From a virus, in IMG/VR virus record IMGVR_UViG_3300013370_000001, positions 1-38,696 of that record: a DNA stretch of 38,696 bases, one strand, 5' to 3'. The notes beneath the pieces were generated by a model. That model made no database searches and was not told where the DNA came from. It was given only the letters and a program-made list of their open reading frames with translations. The translations under genes were made by a program, and so were the position numbers. Numbering within the stretch: the stretch's first letter is position 1; every line of letters starts with the position of its first letter. Below, piece by piece: positions 31,042 to 38,571 of this stretch.

Positions 31042-31070
31042 TTGACGTAATAAAGGTATACCTATATACT
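31042..31070 (+). promoter_or_regulatory. PR: TTGACG-17-TATACT
   Basis: -35 at 31042-31047, -10 at 31065-31070. The operator at 31051-31066 lies inside the spacer. cro begins 26 nt downstream. Confidence 0.75.
31051..31066. promoter_or_regulatory. Operator OR1-like (TAAAGGTATACCTATA)
   Basis: Near-identical to OL1. Lies between the -35 and -10 of PR. Confidence 0.7.
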
Positions 31071-31095
31071 AAGCGAATAACAAATAGGAGTGGCT

Positions 31096-31329
31096 ATGCA
31101 AAATATAGAAAGTCAGGTATTTGAACCGGCATACCGTTTGGTTAGATACTTTGGAACACAAGATAAGACAGCCGAGGCTCTAAATGTAAAGCAGGGCACG
31201 GTCAATGGCTGGGTAAATGGCAAGCACGGCATTAGCAGCCTAAATGCTCAAAAGGCTGAAAGATTGACCGGCGGTGAGATTAAGGCGTCTGAATTGTGCC
31301 CTGAATTACTAGAACTGGAGGAATACTGA
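31096..31329 (+). CDS. cro: Cro/YdaS-like HTH regulator
   Basis: FGTQDKTAEALNVKQGTVNGWVNGKHGIS ... AERLTGGEIKASELCP fits the YdaS/Cro family pattern. AGGAG SD. Divergent from cI. Confidence 0.75.
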   Translation: MQNIESQVFEPAYRLVRYFGTQDKTAEALNVKQGTVNGWVNGKHGISSLNAQKAERLTGGEIKASELCPELLELEEY

Positions 31330-31814
31330 TGGAATTAATACTTAGTGATTTATTTAGCAGCAATGCAGCAACTATGACGAGTCTTGATATCGAAGTTGTC
31401 ACTGGCAGTCATCACAGCAAAGTTAAACAAAGTATTGAAAGGCTTGCTGCTAGAGGCTTAATAGCATTACCCCCAATGGGCAACGTGCTAAAAGAGGCAA
31501 ACAATAGAACCTACAAAACCGAAATTTATGTATTCAGTGGCGATAAAGCCAAGCGAGATAGTTTGATTGTGGTCGCTCAGTTATCACCCGAATTTACCGC
31601 CGATATTGTTGACCGCTGGATTTATTTAGAAAAGCAAAACCGGTCATTAACCAAGAAGCTTGAATATTGGCAAAGAAAAGAAATGGTCGATTATGCAGAG
31701 GGTTCTTTTCATGGCAGAGGTTTAGCTAAGCGTAAAGAAACCAAGAAGTTAAACCACGGCAAGATTGATGAAATATCAAATCAAATGCAGCCAGAGCTGG
31801 GGTTAAGACAATGA
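31329..31814 (+). CDS. Rha-like phage regulatory protein (CII position)
   Basis: MTSLDIEVVTGSHHSKVKQSIERL ... YKTEIYVFSGDKAKRDSLIVVAQLSPEF resembles the Phage_pRha pattern (tS.eiA...gk.H.nV...I..l ... y.l). Confidence 0.4.
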   Translation: MELILSDLFSSNAATMTSLDIEVVTGSHHSKVKQSIERLAARGLIALPPMGNVLKEANNRTYKTEIYVFSGDKAKRDSLIVVAQLSPEFTADIVDRWIYLEKQNRSLTKKLEYWQRKEMVDYAEGSFHGRGLAKRKETKKLNHGKIDEISNQMQPELGLRQ

Positions 31815-31960
31815 GCAACTACGACGAACGCGTGAACGATGAAGCAGACGAACACGCGCAGATGATGAACGAATGGCGCGAAGGATGGGACGACAAAACA
31901 GAGCTTACCTATACCACTCAAATATTTGGTTACGAAATCAAGGACGACAACAATGACTAA
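31811..31960 (+). CDS. Small acidic hypothetical protein (49 aa)
   Basis: ATGA overlap with the upstream stop. The frame is open to TAA at 31958-31960. Confidence 0.35.
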   Translation: MSNYDERVNDEADEHAQMMNEWREGWDDKTELTYTTQIFGYEIKDDNND

Positions 31961-32165
31961 CGAATATGACGCGATGCAAGGCTTGGCAAGTAGTAGCGCA
32001 CAAGCAAAGCAAGAATATGTAGCAAGTCGAAATATCGTCACAATTTTTGAAGAAAGCGAGCGTAAGAAGCGTGTAAACGAAGCGTTTTGGCGCGGTGTGA
32101 TGCGGTTTATTACTCAAATGACGGTAGTGCTGGTTGCCGCTTATATGTTTTTTAATTTTGTGTGA
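31953..32165 (+). CDS. Hypothetical protein with C-terminal TM segment (70 aa)
   Basis: ATG at 31953. C-terminus ITQMTVVLVAAYMFFNFV. Confidence 0.4.
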   Translation: MTNEYDAMQGLASSSAQAKQEYVASRNIVTIFEESERKKRVNEAFWRGVMRFITQMTVVLVAAYMFFNFV

Positions 32166-32172
32166 GGTAGGT

Positions 32173-32361
32173 ATGCGAGCCAAGAACGCAGGAATCTATA
32201 AAACGCCACTAGCCAACGCACAGACTTACGCGAAACAGAGTGCAGATCAAGCCGCTATCGACGAATACATTGCACAGCATGGCACAAGAGAAGCGGTCAA
32301 CACGGGAATTGTTTTCAGTTTTAACGGCAACAGTGGCAGAAAAAAGAGGGTTAAACGATGA
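32173..32361 (+). CDS. Hypothetical protein (62 aa)
   Basis: ATG at 32173 with a GAGGTAGG SD. Confidence 0.45.
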   Translation: MRAKNAGIYKTPLANAQTYAKQSADQAAIDEYIAQHGTREAVNTGIVFSFNGNSGRKKRVKR

Positions 32362-32606
32362 AGGTTGTAGATAGAAGTACAGGCGCAGCAATTACAGAGA
32401 GTTACGCAAGAAAGCTAGAGATTGTTAAACGGAAACTTGAAGCAGGTTCAGTTATTGATAGGTCGGACATTATCGCAGCAGGAATAACAGAAAGCGGAAC
32501 TCGCAACACGATCACCAAGTTAAAAAACTGTTATGACCTAGACATTTTAACGATTCAAAGAAGCAATATTTTAGTTGGTTGGATATTAGCAAGTGAGGTT
32601 TTATAG
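32358..32606 (+). CDS. Small winged-helix-like DNA-binding protein (HTH_39-like pattern)
   Basis: GTRNTITKLKNCYDLDILTI resembles the aRI..LR..G..I pattern. The adjacent gene is a paralogue. Confidence 0.35.
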   Translation: MKVVDRSTGAAITESYARKLEIVKRKLEAGSVIDRSDIIAAGITESGTRNTITKLKNCYDLDILTIQRSNILVGWILASEVL

Positions 32607-32608
32607 CA

Positions 32609-33010
32609 ATGGATAAGCACCCTTTATACAGCAGAGTACAAAGAATCATAGTTAAAAGCGCGATCAATGGCTCAGTCGCTCATAGCAACTTTGCACGAAT
32701 CAGAAATCAGCCCTCAGTACGCGCAATCTTGGCTGACATGGGTTACAACCCGAATTGCTCGATACGCCCGTTTATGTGGACGCATGAAAGCATCAAGCCA
32801 AAACAAAAGCGCGTTGTCTTATCGGTTAGACAGATATTCATGAAGAATATTGAAGCAGGTAATGAGGTTCGCGTTAAAGACGTTGAGCTGCCAAACGTCA
32901 AGATAATCGCAGCGATTAGCACACTTAGAGGTAGAGGTTTGAAAATCGAGGCGAATAGAGATGAGGACGGTAAAAAGATTGTCAGCTACCAACTTATCGA
33001 TGAGCAATAA
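32609..33010 (+). CDS. Winged-helix-like DNA-binding protein (HTH_39-like pattern)
   Basis: IIAAISTLRGRGLKIEANRDEDGKKIVSYQLID fits ARI..LR.rG..I......g....Y.L. Confidence 0.4.
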   Translation: MDKHPLYSRVQRIIVKSAINGSVAHSNFARIRNQPSVRAILADMGYNPNCSIRPFMWTHESIKPKQKRVVLSVRQIFMKNIEAGNEVRVKDVELPNVKIIAAISTLRGRGLKIEANRDEDGKKIVSYQLIDEQ

Positions 33011-33143
33011 AAAACCCTAACGACTGGAATCATTAGGGCTTACAACTTAACTGGAGTATTACGAAATGCAAATCAGCAATCAAGTTATCCACAACCAAAC
33101 TACCGACAACGGAGATTATGCCATGCAATTCCCAACTATTCAA
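33011..33143 (-). ncRNA. Candidate ~100-nt cis-antisense RNA over the antirepressor translation start (P22 sar-like arrangement)
   Basis: Minus-strand promoter TTGAAT (33143-33138) with an exact 17-nt spacer to CATAAT (33120-33115). Minus-strand hairpin CCCTAA/TTAGGG (33015-33038) followed by TTTTTT (33014-33009). The transcript would be complementary to the ant SD and the ATG at 33066. Confidence 0.35.
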
Positions 33144-33797
33144 CAAAATACTGATTTACAGCAAGCGGTATCAGCGCGAGAGCTTCACGGGTTTTTAGAA
33201 TTAACCGAGAGGTTTGCAAGCTGGTTTGAAAGAATGCTTGCTTACGGTTTTTCTGAATTTATTGATTTTGAGAAGTGTAAATCTTTTAACGCTTCTAATA
33301 GAGAGCTAGAAGACTACTTTGTCAGCATCGATATGGCAAAAGAAATATCAATGATCCAGCGTTCAGATAAAGGCAAGCAAGCGCGTCAATATTTCATTGA
33401 GTGTGAGCGCAGAGTGAAACAGCCAACAGCGCCAGTCATGCAGATACCGCAAACATTCGCAGAGGCTTTACAGCTTGCAGCCAACCAAGCGTTACAGATT
33501 GAGCAAGACGCACCAAAAGTTGCTCACTACGACAAGGTTGTTGACCGTCACACGCTACTGACAGCAACACAGGTCGGTCAAAAGATACATATGTCAGCCG
33601 TCAAGTTAAATCGCACACTCGATGAATTAGGCGTTTACAACCAAGCCCATAAGCGCGGTAGAGCCTTTCGACAGTGGTTTATTGATAAAGAGCTTGGCGA
33701 GATGAAACAAACAGACATGGGGCACTCACAGGCTTTATTCAGTCTAAAGGGTGAAGCATGGGTAATTGAGAGATTAGCAAGCGAGAGCGTCGCATAG
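33066..33797 (+). CDS. ant: Antirepressor, AntA N-terminal domain + KilAC C-terminal domain
   Basis: VSARELHGFLELTERFASWFERMLAYGFSEFIDF (AntA pattern) and IPQTFAEALQLAANQALQIEQDAPKVAHYDKVV (KilAC pattern). An alternative start is the ATG at 33123. Confidence 0.8.
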   Translation: MQISNQVIHNQTTDNGDYAMQFPTIQQNTDLQQAVSARELHGFLELTERFASWFERMLAYGFSEFIDFEKCKSFNASNRELEDYFVSIDMAKEISMIQRSDKGKQARQYFIECERRVKQPTAPVMQIPQTFAEALQLAANQALQIEQDAPKVAHYDKVVDRHTLLTATQVGQKIHMSAVKLNRTLDELGVYNQAHKRGRAFRQWFIDKELGEMKQTDMGHSQALFSLKGEAWVIERLASESVA

Positions 33798-33806
33798 GGG
33801 TACTTA

Positions 33807-34739
33807 ATGGCCGCGCACAAAAAACGATTCACAGGGACACACGGGTTCACAGCTATGGATAACAGATTATTTTATCTGCAAGAGCAATTAACCCCCAATG
33901 CGTTCAGCTTGATAATCAGGCTGTATCGCATGACCGAGGGTTATGACGGCAAGCCAAAAGCACTAGCAAACGCTTACTTTCAGAAAACATGCAATATGAG
34001 CAAAAACACAGTTACAAAAGCATTAACTGAGCTTGAAGAAATGGGTTTGATTTATACAAAAAGACGGGCTAGAGCGTCAACTTTATACCTCATTAATTTG
34101 GAAAAGATGGACGATATATTTCAGGAAATACGGGAATCAATCATATCTGATTTTGATGATGAATCCCAAAATATGGGAAACATTGATAATGATGAATCCC
34201 AAAATATGACCCAGTGTTTCCCAAAATATGACCTACATGAATCCCAAAATATGGGCACTAATAAAGAAAACACTAAAGAAAACATTATTAAAGAAAACAC
34301 TCTTAATGATGATGTGAAAAATGACGTGATTGAGTTTGATGAATTTTGGAATGCTTACGGTAAAAAAGTCGATACAGCTAAGTGCAAATCTAAGTGGTTA
34401 AAACTGACCCATGAGCAGCACACAGAAATCATGGCAAACGTCTTTGATTATGTAGCAGCTAACAGCGACAAGCAGTATCGGAAAAACCCACTTACTTACT
34501 TAAATGGTCAATGTTGGCTTGATGAGATTGTAGTACGACAGCCACAGCAAACAAATTATCAGGGGAATAACCATGCAAACCATCAATCAGCTAACCACAG
34601 CAATCAGCCAAAACAATCCAGCGCAGACGCATACGCAGCTAAGTACGCAGAACAGCGCAGACAACGTGATGAAGCAGCCAACACAGCAGCTACAGGATGC
34701 GATAGAGGTTACGTTTACGACATGGAAGCGCCTATTTAG
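33807..34739 (+). CDS. Replication initiator, lambda O-like (winged-helix N-terminus, origin inside the gene)
   Basis: FTAMDNRLFYLQEQLTPNAFSLIIRLYRMT ... NTVTKALTELEEMGLIYTKRR. Four iterons and an AT-rich tract are embedded mid-gene, as in lambda O. Confidence 0.7.
   Translation: MAAHKKRFTGTHGFTAMDNRLFYLQEQLTPNAFSLIIRLYRMTEGYDGKPKALANAYFQKTCNMSKNTVTKALTELEEMGLIYTKRRARASTLYLINLEKMDDIFQEIRESIISDFDDESQNMGNIDNDESQNMTQCFPKYDLHESQNMGTNKENTKENIIKENTLNDDVKNDVIEFDEFWNAYGKKVDTAKCKSKWLKLTHEQHTEIMANVFDYVAANSDKQYRKNPLTYLNGQCWLDEIVVRQPQQTNYQGNNHANHQSANHSNQPKQSSADAYAAKYAEQRRQRDEAANTAATGCDRGYVYDMEAPI
34161..34255. repeat. Origin iterons: four copies of (G/T)(A/T)(A/T)TCCCAAAATATG(G/A)(G/C)
   Basis: Copies at 34161-34177, 34194-34210, 34217-34232 and 34239-34255. 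They are followed by an AT-rich region with three AAAGAAAACA repeats (34263-34299). Confidence 0.85.
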
Positions 34740-35223
34740 AACAAAGATGCGTGATGAGGATTGGATGCCAGACACCGCAGAGATTTGGGCAATTGCATTA
34801 ACCGATTTGAGAATCACAGGCAAAGAGCTTGCAGTGGCACAAAGAAAATCAATGTCACTTGAATGGCCACCAACAGCACCAGCGGATTTCTTGGCACTAG
34901 GACGGACAGAGACAGCGAGTAATTACCCTGACATGAAGCAAGCCTACTTAGCGGCAGCAAACGGCGATTACAAGCACGAGGTAGCACTTGAGACGGCAAA
35001 ACGGGTCGGCTCATGGGAACTCAAGACACAACCTGAATCGGTCAGCTACAAATCATGGCAAAAGCATTACGTTGAGGTTTGCGAAGAACACAGCCAAGGC
35101 GCAGATTTCAAAGTACCGGAAACGCATCGAGTAGAACACAGCCACGCACCAGTACAAGCAGGTAGTGAGGCAGATAAGCGAATCAGTGAGAAATTAGCAG
35201 AACTACGGAGAATGGCGGTATGA
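34669..35223 (+). CDS. Replication protein P-like helicase loader (start uncertain: 34669 or 34747)
   Basis: EIWAIALTDLRITGKELAVAQRKSMSLEWPPTAPADFLALGR parallels lambda P RRQWVLAFRENGITTMEQVNAGMRVARRQNRPFLPSPGQFVAWCR. Follows the O-like gene. Confidence 0.6.
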   Translation: MKQPTQQLQDAIEVTFTTWKRLFRTKMRDEDWMPDTAEIWAIALTDLRITGKELAVAQRKSMSLEWPPTAPADFLALGRTETASNYPDMKQAYLAAANGDYKHEVALETAKRVGSWELKTQPESVSYKSWQKHYVEVCEEHSQGADFKVPETHRVEHSHAPVQAGSEADKRISEKLAELRRMAV

Positions 35224-35414
35224 GAACAATAACAATGCAAACAATCAAAGACGGCAAGCTATCAGGTGAGATTTTGGAGGACGGCAAGTATTGGCAGATA
35301 GCGCCATTTGAGTATGACGGCAAAGACCAAGAATCGGCATTGATGGATAGGTTGGACATTGTGCAGATTGAGGCGCAGATAGAAAAAGATATGGCAGGGA
35401 GTGAGCAAGCATGA
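35220..35414 (+). CDS. Hypothetical protein (64 aa)
   Basis: ATG overlaps the upstream stop by 4 nt (ATGA). Confidence 0.45.
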   Translation: MRTITMQTIKDGKLSGEILEDGKYWQIAPFEYDGKDQESALMDRLDIVQIEAQIEKDMAGSEQA

Positions 35415-35761
35415 GCCAAACAGCATTTAAACCAGTATTCCAAGGCTTTATGAAGTTGTACTTACATGACGACATACCGGAACGATTAGCAAATAGAGCG
35501 AGCTTTACGGGTCAATGGATAGCAGCAAAGCGTAAACGACTGATTAAGAAAGACCGTAAGTTTCAAGTGACGCTACACATCATGGACACGGACGGACACA
35601 AGCGCGGACTGCAAAGCATGGTTTTTAAGGACAGAGGCGGCAAGGGTGATTTGTCAAAGGTGATATTCGGGTTTGGCAATGATTTTGTTGATGAGCTGAG
35701 AGCAGGTGACGAGACATTGAAAGTAGATTTGGTTAACAGTTATGCGGTGGTTCGCGCATGA
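35411..35761 (+). CDS. Hypothetical protein (116 aa)
   Basis: ATGA overlap with the upstream gene. Confidence 0.5.
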   Translation: MSQTAFKPVFQGFMKLYLHDDIPERLANRASFTGQWIAAKRKRLIKKDRKFQVTLHIMDTDGHKRGLQSMVFKDRGGKGDLSKVIFGFGNDFVDELRAGDETLKVDLVNSYAVVRA

Positions 35762-35910
35762 AGCAACTTAAAAATTATAACAATCAAAAACTGGTTTGGC
35801 GTGTTGACCAAGCCACCAAGTCAGGTCACAAGCTAGTTAGATACATGGATGGCACAAGCGAGACCATGACGGATATTAAGGTTAAGCAAATTATCAGAGA
35901 GGTTAAGTAA
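35758..35910 (+). CDS. Small hypothetical protein (50 aa)
   Basis: ATGA overlap upstream and TAATG overlap with rusA downstream. Confidence 0.35.
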   Translation: MKQLKNYNNQKLVWRVDQATKSGHKLVRYMDGTSETMTDIKVKQIIREVK

Positions 35911-36254
35911 TGGTTAAGTTCTCGCTAGATTATCCGCCATCGGTTAATAGCTACTGGAAACGTAATATCAACGGAGGCGTTAGGGTTAGCGCAAAAGGTG
36001 TGAAGTATAAGCACACGGTTAAGATGCTGCTACATGGACGTGACAAGCTCACAGGACGCTTGAAAGGTCGTTTTGTTGTCAATGTACCTGATAGACGACG
36101 CAGGGACTTAGACAACATTCTAAAGGCGTTATTGGACTCTATGCAAGGACACGTATTTTTAGATGACGAGCAGTTTGACGAAATAACGATAGTCAGGGGC
36201 GAAGTTGTCAAAGGTGGTCGAATCGATGTTGAGCTTTACGAGCTAAATCAGTAA
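35910..36254 (+). CDS. rusA: RusA-family Holliday junction resolvase
   Basis: YPPSVNSYWKRN ... RRRDLDNILKALLDSMQGHVFLDDEQFDEI is the RusA signature. Confidence 0.9.
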   Translation: MVKFSLDYPPSVNSYWKRNINGGVRVSAKGVKYKHTVKMLLHGRDKLTGRLKGRFVVNVPDRRRRDLDNILKALLDSMQGHVFLDDEQFDEITIVRGEVVKGGRIDVELYELNQ

Positions 36255-36344
36255 GCAATCAAACAAAAACATAGCAAGGTGCGCTTTAAATCCCGTTTAT
36301 ATGCAAAGGGTGCTGAATGGGATTAAGTGGCTTAAAACGGAGAT

Positions 36345-36962
36345 ATGGGAATGAGTGATATTGAGATTGGTAGTGAGTGGATAGCCGAAAGCGAAAGTAA
36401 AAGTAGTGAGGTCTACACTGTAAAAAATGTAGCTTTAAATCCCGATGACGGAATGATTTACGTGCGATTAGACAAAATTTTTGAGGGCTGGGATCTTTTT
36501 TCAAAGAGCGACTTCCTTCGTAAATTCAAACTTAATCCAGACATGGTGAACAACCCACCACACTACAAAGATGCAAGCGGAGTTGAGTGCCCTGCTTGTT
36601 GGCAAGTAGTGAGTATTAATTTTATAGACAAAGAAGATCGTAGGTGTCGACTTTGCGTTAAGTCTGAGATGGAGCAAGGACGCAAAGATGATAGCGCAAA
36701 ACGTCGTTATTCGTTACTACCAAAAGGCGTGGTCAATAGTGTGGTTGATGTACTGGAGTTTGGTAGCAAAAAATACGCTGATAATAATTGGCAAAAAGTA
36801 CCTGATGCAAAGACGCGTTATTACGATGCAGCCATGAGGCATATAGATGCTTGGCTTAACGGTGACCTAAAAGATGCTGAGACAGGATTGCCGCATTTAG
36901 CCCATGCCATTTGTTGCTTGATGTTCTTGATGTGGTTTGACAGTGAGGCAGCCGATGACTGA
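36345..36962 (+). CDS. DUF3310-like N-terminal motif + DUF5664 (dATP/dGTP diphosphohydrolase N-terminal-like) domain protein
   Basis: NNPPHYKDASGVEC is the DUF3310 P.HY...g.E motif. RRYSLLPKGVVNSVVDVLEFGSKKYADNNWQKV...YYDAAMRHIDAWLNGDLKDAETGLPHLAHAICCLMFL fits the DUF5664 pattern. The start may be the ATG at 36351. Confidence 0.55.
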   Translation: MGMSDIEIGSEWIAESESKSSEVYTVKNVALNPDDGMIYVRLDKIFEGWDLFSKSDFLRKFKLNPDMVNNPPHYKDASGVECPACWQVVSINFIDKEDRRCRLCVKSEMEQGRKDDSAKRRYSLLPKGVVNSVVDVLEFGSKKYADNNWQKVPDAKTRYYDAAMRHIDAWLNGDLKDAETGLPHLAHAICCLMFLMWFDSEAADD

Positions 36963-36986
36963 TTCAACGATGTTCTTGTTAACGAT

Positions 36987-37310
36987 GTGCTTCCTTGCTT
37001 GGTTGGTCTTGAAGTGAATAACCGTGATTCAAAGCGGCTTGAACAGGTCCGGTCCTTACCATGTTGTGTTTGCGGTATAGGACCGCGCTCACAGGCGGCT
37101 CATTCAAACTTTAGTGAGCACGGAAAAGGTCGGTCCATCAAAGCACATGACAAATACACAATACCGTTATGCGATGCGGACCATAAGCGATTTGACCAGA
37201 TGCTCATGGGTATGGACCGCAATCAATCGCTCGATTGGTTCAATAAAAAATTAGCTTTCATCGACGAGGTGCTGAATGACCAAAGCAAAGACGAAGCCCC
37301 TCTATTTTAG
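36987..37310 (+). CDS. HNH-like zinc-binding protein (DUF968 / putative HNHc nuclease type)
   Basis: LPCCVCG...SQAAHSNF...GKGRSIKAHDKYTIPLCDADHKRF follows the pattern C..CG...aHH...g..K..D...iPLC..HH. GTG start is uncertain. Confidence 0.45.
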   Translation: MLPCLVGLEVNNRDSKRLEQVRSLPCCVCGIGPRSQAAHSNFSEHGKGRSIKAHDKYTIPLCDADHKRFDQMLMGMDRNQSLDWFNKKLAFIDEVLNDQSKDEAPLF

Positions 37311-37764
37311 GATTGTAAATAATGAGGTGCGAGACCGATGTGTCAAAGCCTTGTTCATAGCTCAACAGAGCAGCGATGAGGTGCTTGAGGTAGTGATACA
37401 GCCCGAAAAGCGCAAACGGTCGCTAAGTCAAAACAGGCTCTATTGGCTGTGGGTTAATCAATGGAGCGAGCACTGGGGTTGGACAGAACAATACACGCAC
37501 CACTTTTTCAAATATAAGTTTTTGGCAATCATATTTTACAGGGATGACGCGAAGTACGCTGAGGCTTGCGACGCGGTAAAGGTTATTAAATCGATTGACG
37601 AGGGGTTGTATAAATCGATAGCGGCAAACGTGGTCAGGCAGACCAGCACGACAGATGCGAACACAGCACAGATGACAGAGTATTTAGACAAAATCGAGCG
37701 TTACTGCTACTCAAAAGGCGTGATGTTAAAGATACCGGATGAATTACAGTGGATTAGGGGTTGA
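37276..37764 (+). CDS. ninB: NinB/Orf-family recombination mediator
   Basis: VVIQPEKRKRSLSQNRLYWLWVNQWS and RQTSTTDANTAQMTEYLDKIERYCYSKGVMLKIP parallel lambda NinB VVTIQERNRSLDQNRKLWACLGDVS and GQSTSRMRVGEFAELLELIQAFGTERGVKW. Confidence 0.8.
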   Translation: MTKAKTKPLYFRIVNNEVRDRCVKALFIAQQSSDEVLEVVIQPEKRKRSLSQNRLYWLWVNQWSEHWGWTEQYTHHFFKYKFLAIIFYRDDAKYAEACDAVKVIKSIDEGLYKSIAANVVRQTSTTDANTAQMTEYLDKIERYCYSKGVMLKIPDELQWIRG

Positions 37765-37766
37765 GT

Positions 37767-38150
37767 ATGAGCGAGCTAAACGTGCAGCAATTATTGATTA
37801 ACTTTGGGGCGTGGGTTCGCGATGATAAGAATGATTTAGGGTATGGCAATCCGTTTAATGCGATATTGGCAGCAGCACCACACTTGGCAGATGATGAGGA
37901 GGATTGCGAGCAGCCAGTGCAATTCAAAAACGCAAGCCACATGACAGACTTAGACGCGGCAGTGGTTGATACGGTGCTTATTCGGCTCGCTGAGCGTCAT
38001 TACCACCTGTATGTACTGATTATGGCTCATTACGTCAGACAGTGGTCAGAACGCAAGATAGCGCGCAAGATGGTCATGTCACGTAATCAAGTAGGAAAAG
38101 ACGTATGTAAGGCTGAGGGGGTGCTAGAGGGGTTATTAATGCGATTGTAG
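37767..38150 (+). CDS. Q: Late-gene antiterminator Q-family protein
   Basis: Phage_antitermQ-like layout: LINFGAWVR ... MTDLDAAVVDTVLIRL ... YVRQWSERKIARKM ... AEGVLEGLL. It is the last early gene and is followed by a promoter and a long terminated leader. Confidence 0.6.
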   Translation: MSELNVQQLLINFGAWVRDDKNDLGYGNPFNAILAAAPHLADDEEDCEQPVQFKNASHMTDLDAAVVDTVLIRLAERHYHLYVLIMAHYVRQWSERKIARKMVMSRNQVGKDVCKAEGVLEGLLMRL

Positions 38151-38151
38151 C

Positions 38152-38181
38152 TTGACAGTGGCTGCCACTATGCGGTAAGGT
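38152..38181 (+). promoter_or_regulatory. PR'-like late promoter TTGACA-18-TAAGGT with the palindrome AGTGGC-T-GCCACT in the spacer
   Basis: -35 at 38152-38157. Inverted repeat at 38157-38169. -10-like at 38176-38181. Lies 2 nt after the Q stop. Confidence 0.5.
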
Positions 38182-38510
38182 ACTGATACGCTGAGCAGAA
38201 ACCGTAAAGCGATTTACCAATAAAGCCGTAACGCCTATCGAAGAAGCGCAACCTTTACGGCTATTCTAATTCAGTGCAGACTCTAACGTAAAAAGAGAAA
38301 GCCTAATTGACTGGCAAAGCGCCCGATTAATACCGTAAGTTATAGCAGGTGGTGGAATAAGCAGGCACAAAGCGAAATAGACGTAGAAATCGGCTAGCCA
38401 CTAGCGAATTGTAGATGAAGCTTTAGCGTTGAAGCAGTAGAGGTGTCAATCGATTGGCATACAACTCTAGGAATACGGTTAAACTCCGTGCGTCTACCCC
38501 AACATTACAG

Positions 38511-38540
38511 CCCTATCATTAACGTGATGGGGCTTTTTTT
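38511..38540 (+). terminator. Strong intrinsic terminator ending the late leader (tR'-like)
   Basis: CCCTATCA-ttaacg-TGATGGGG hairpin followed by CTTTTTTT. Confidence 0.8.
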
Positions 38541-38571
38541 ATGTCTACGATTTAGCAAGGGATTGCTAGCC

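Noticed and set aside
36283-36444. A 13-bp direct repeat GCTTTAAATCCCG at 36283-36295 and 36432-36444, flanking the start of the DUF5664 gene.
   Set aside because: There are only two copies, one intergenic and one coding, with no associated structure or promoter. This may be chance or a minor regulatory site, and the evidence is insufficient.
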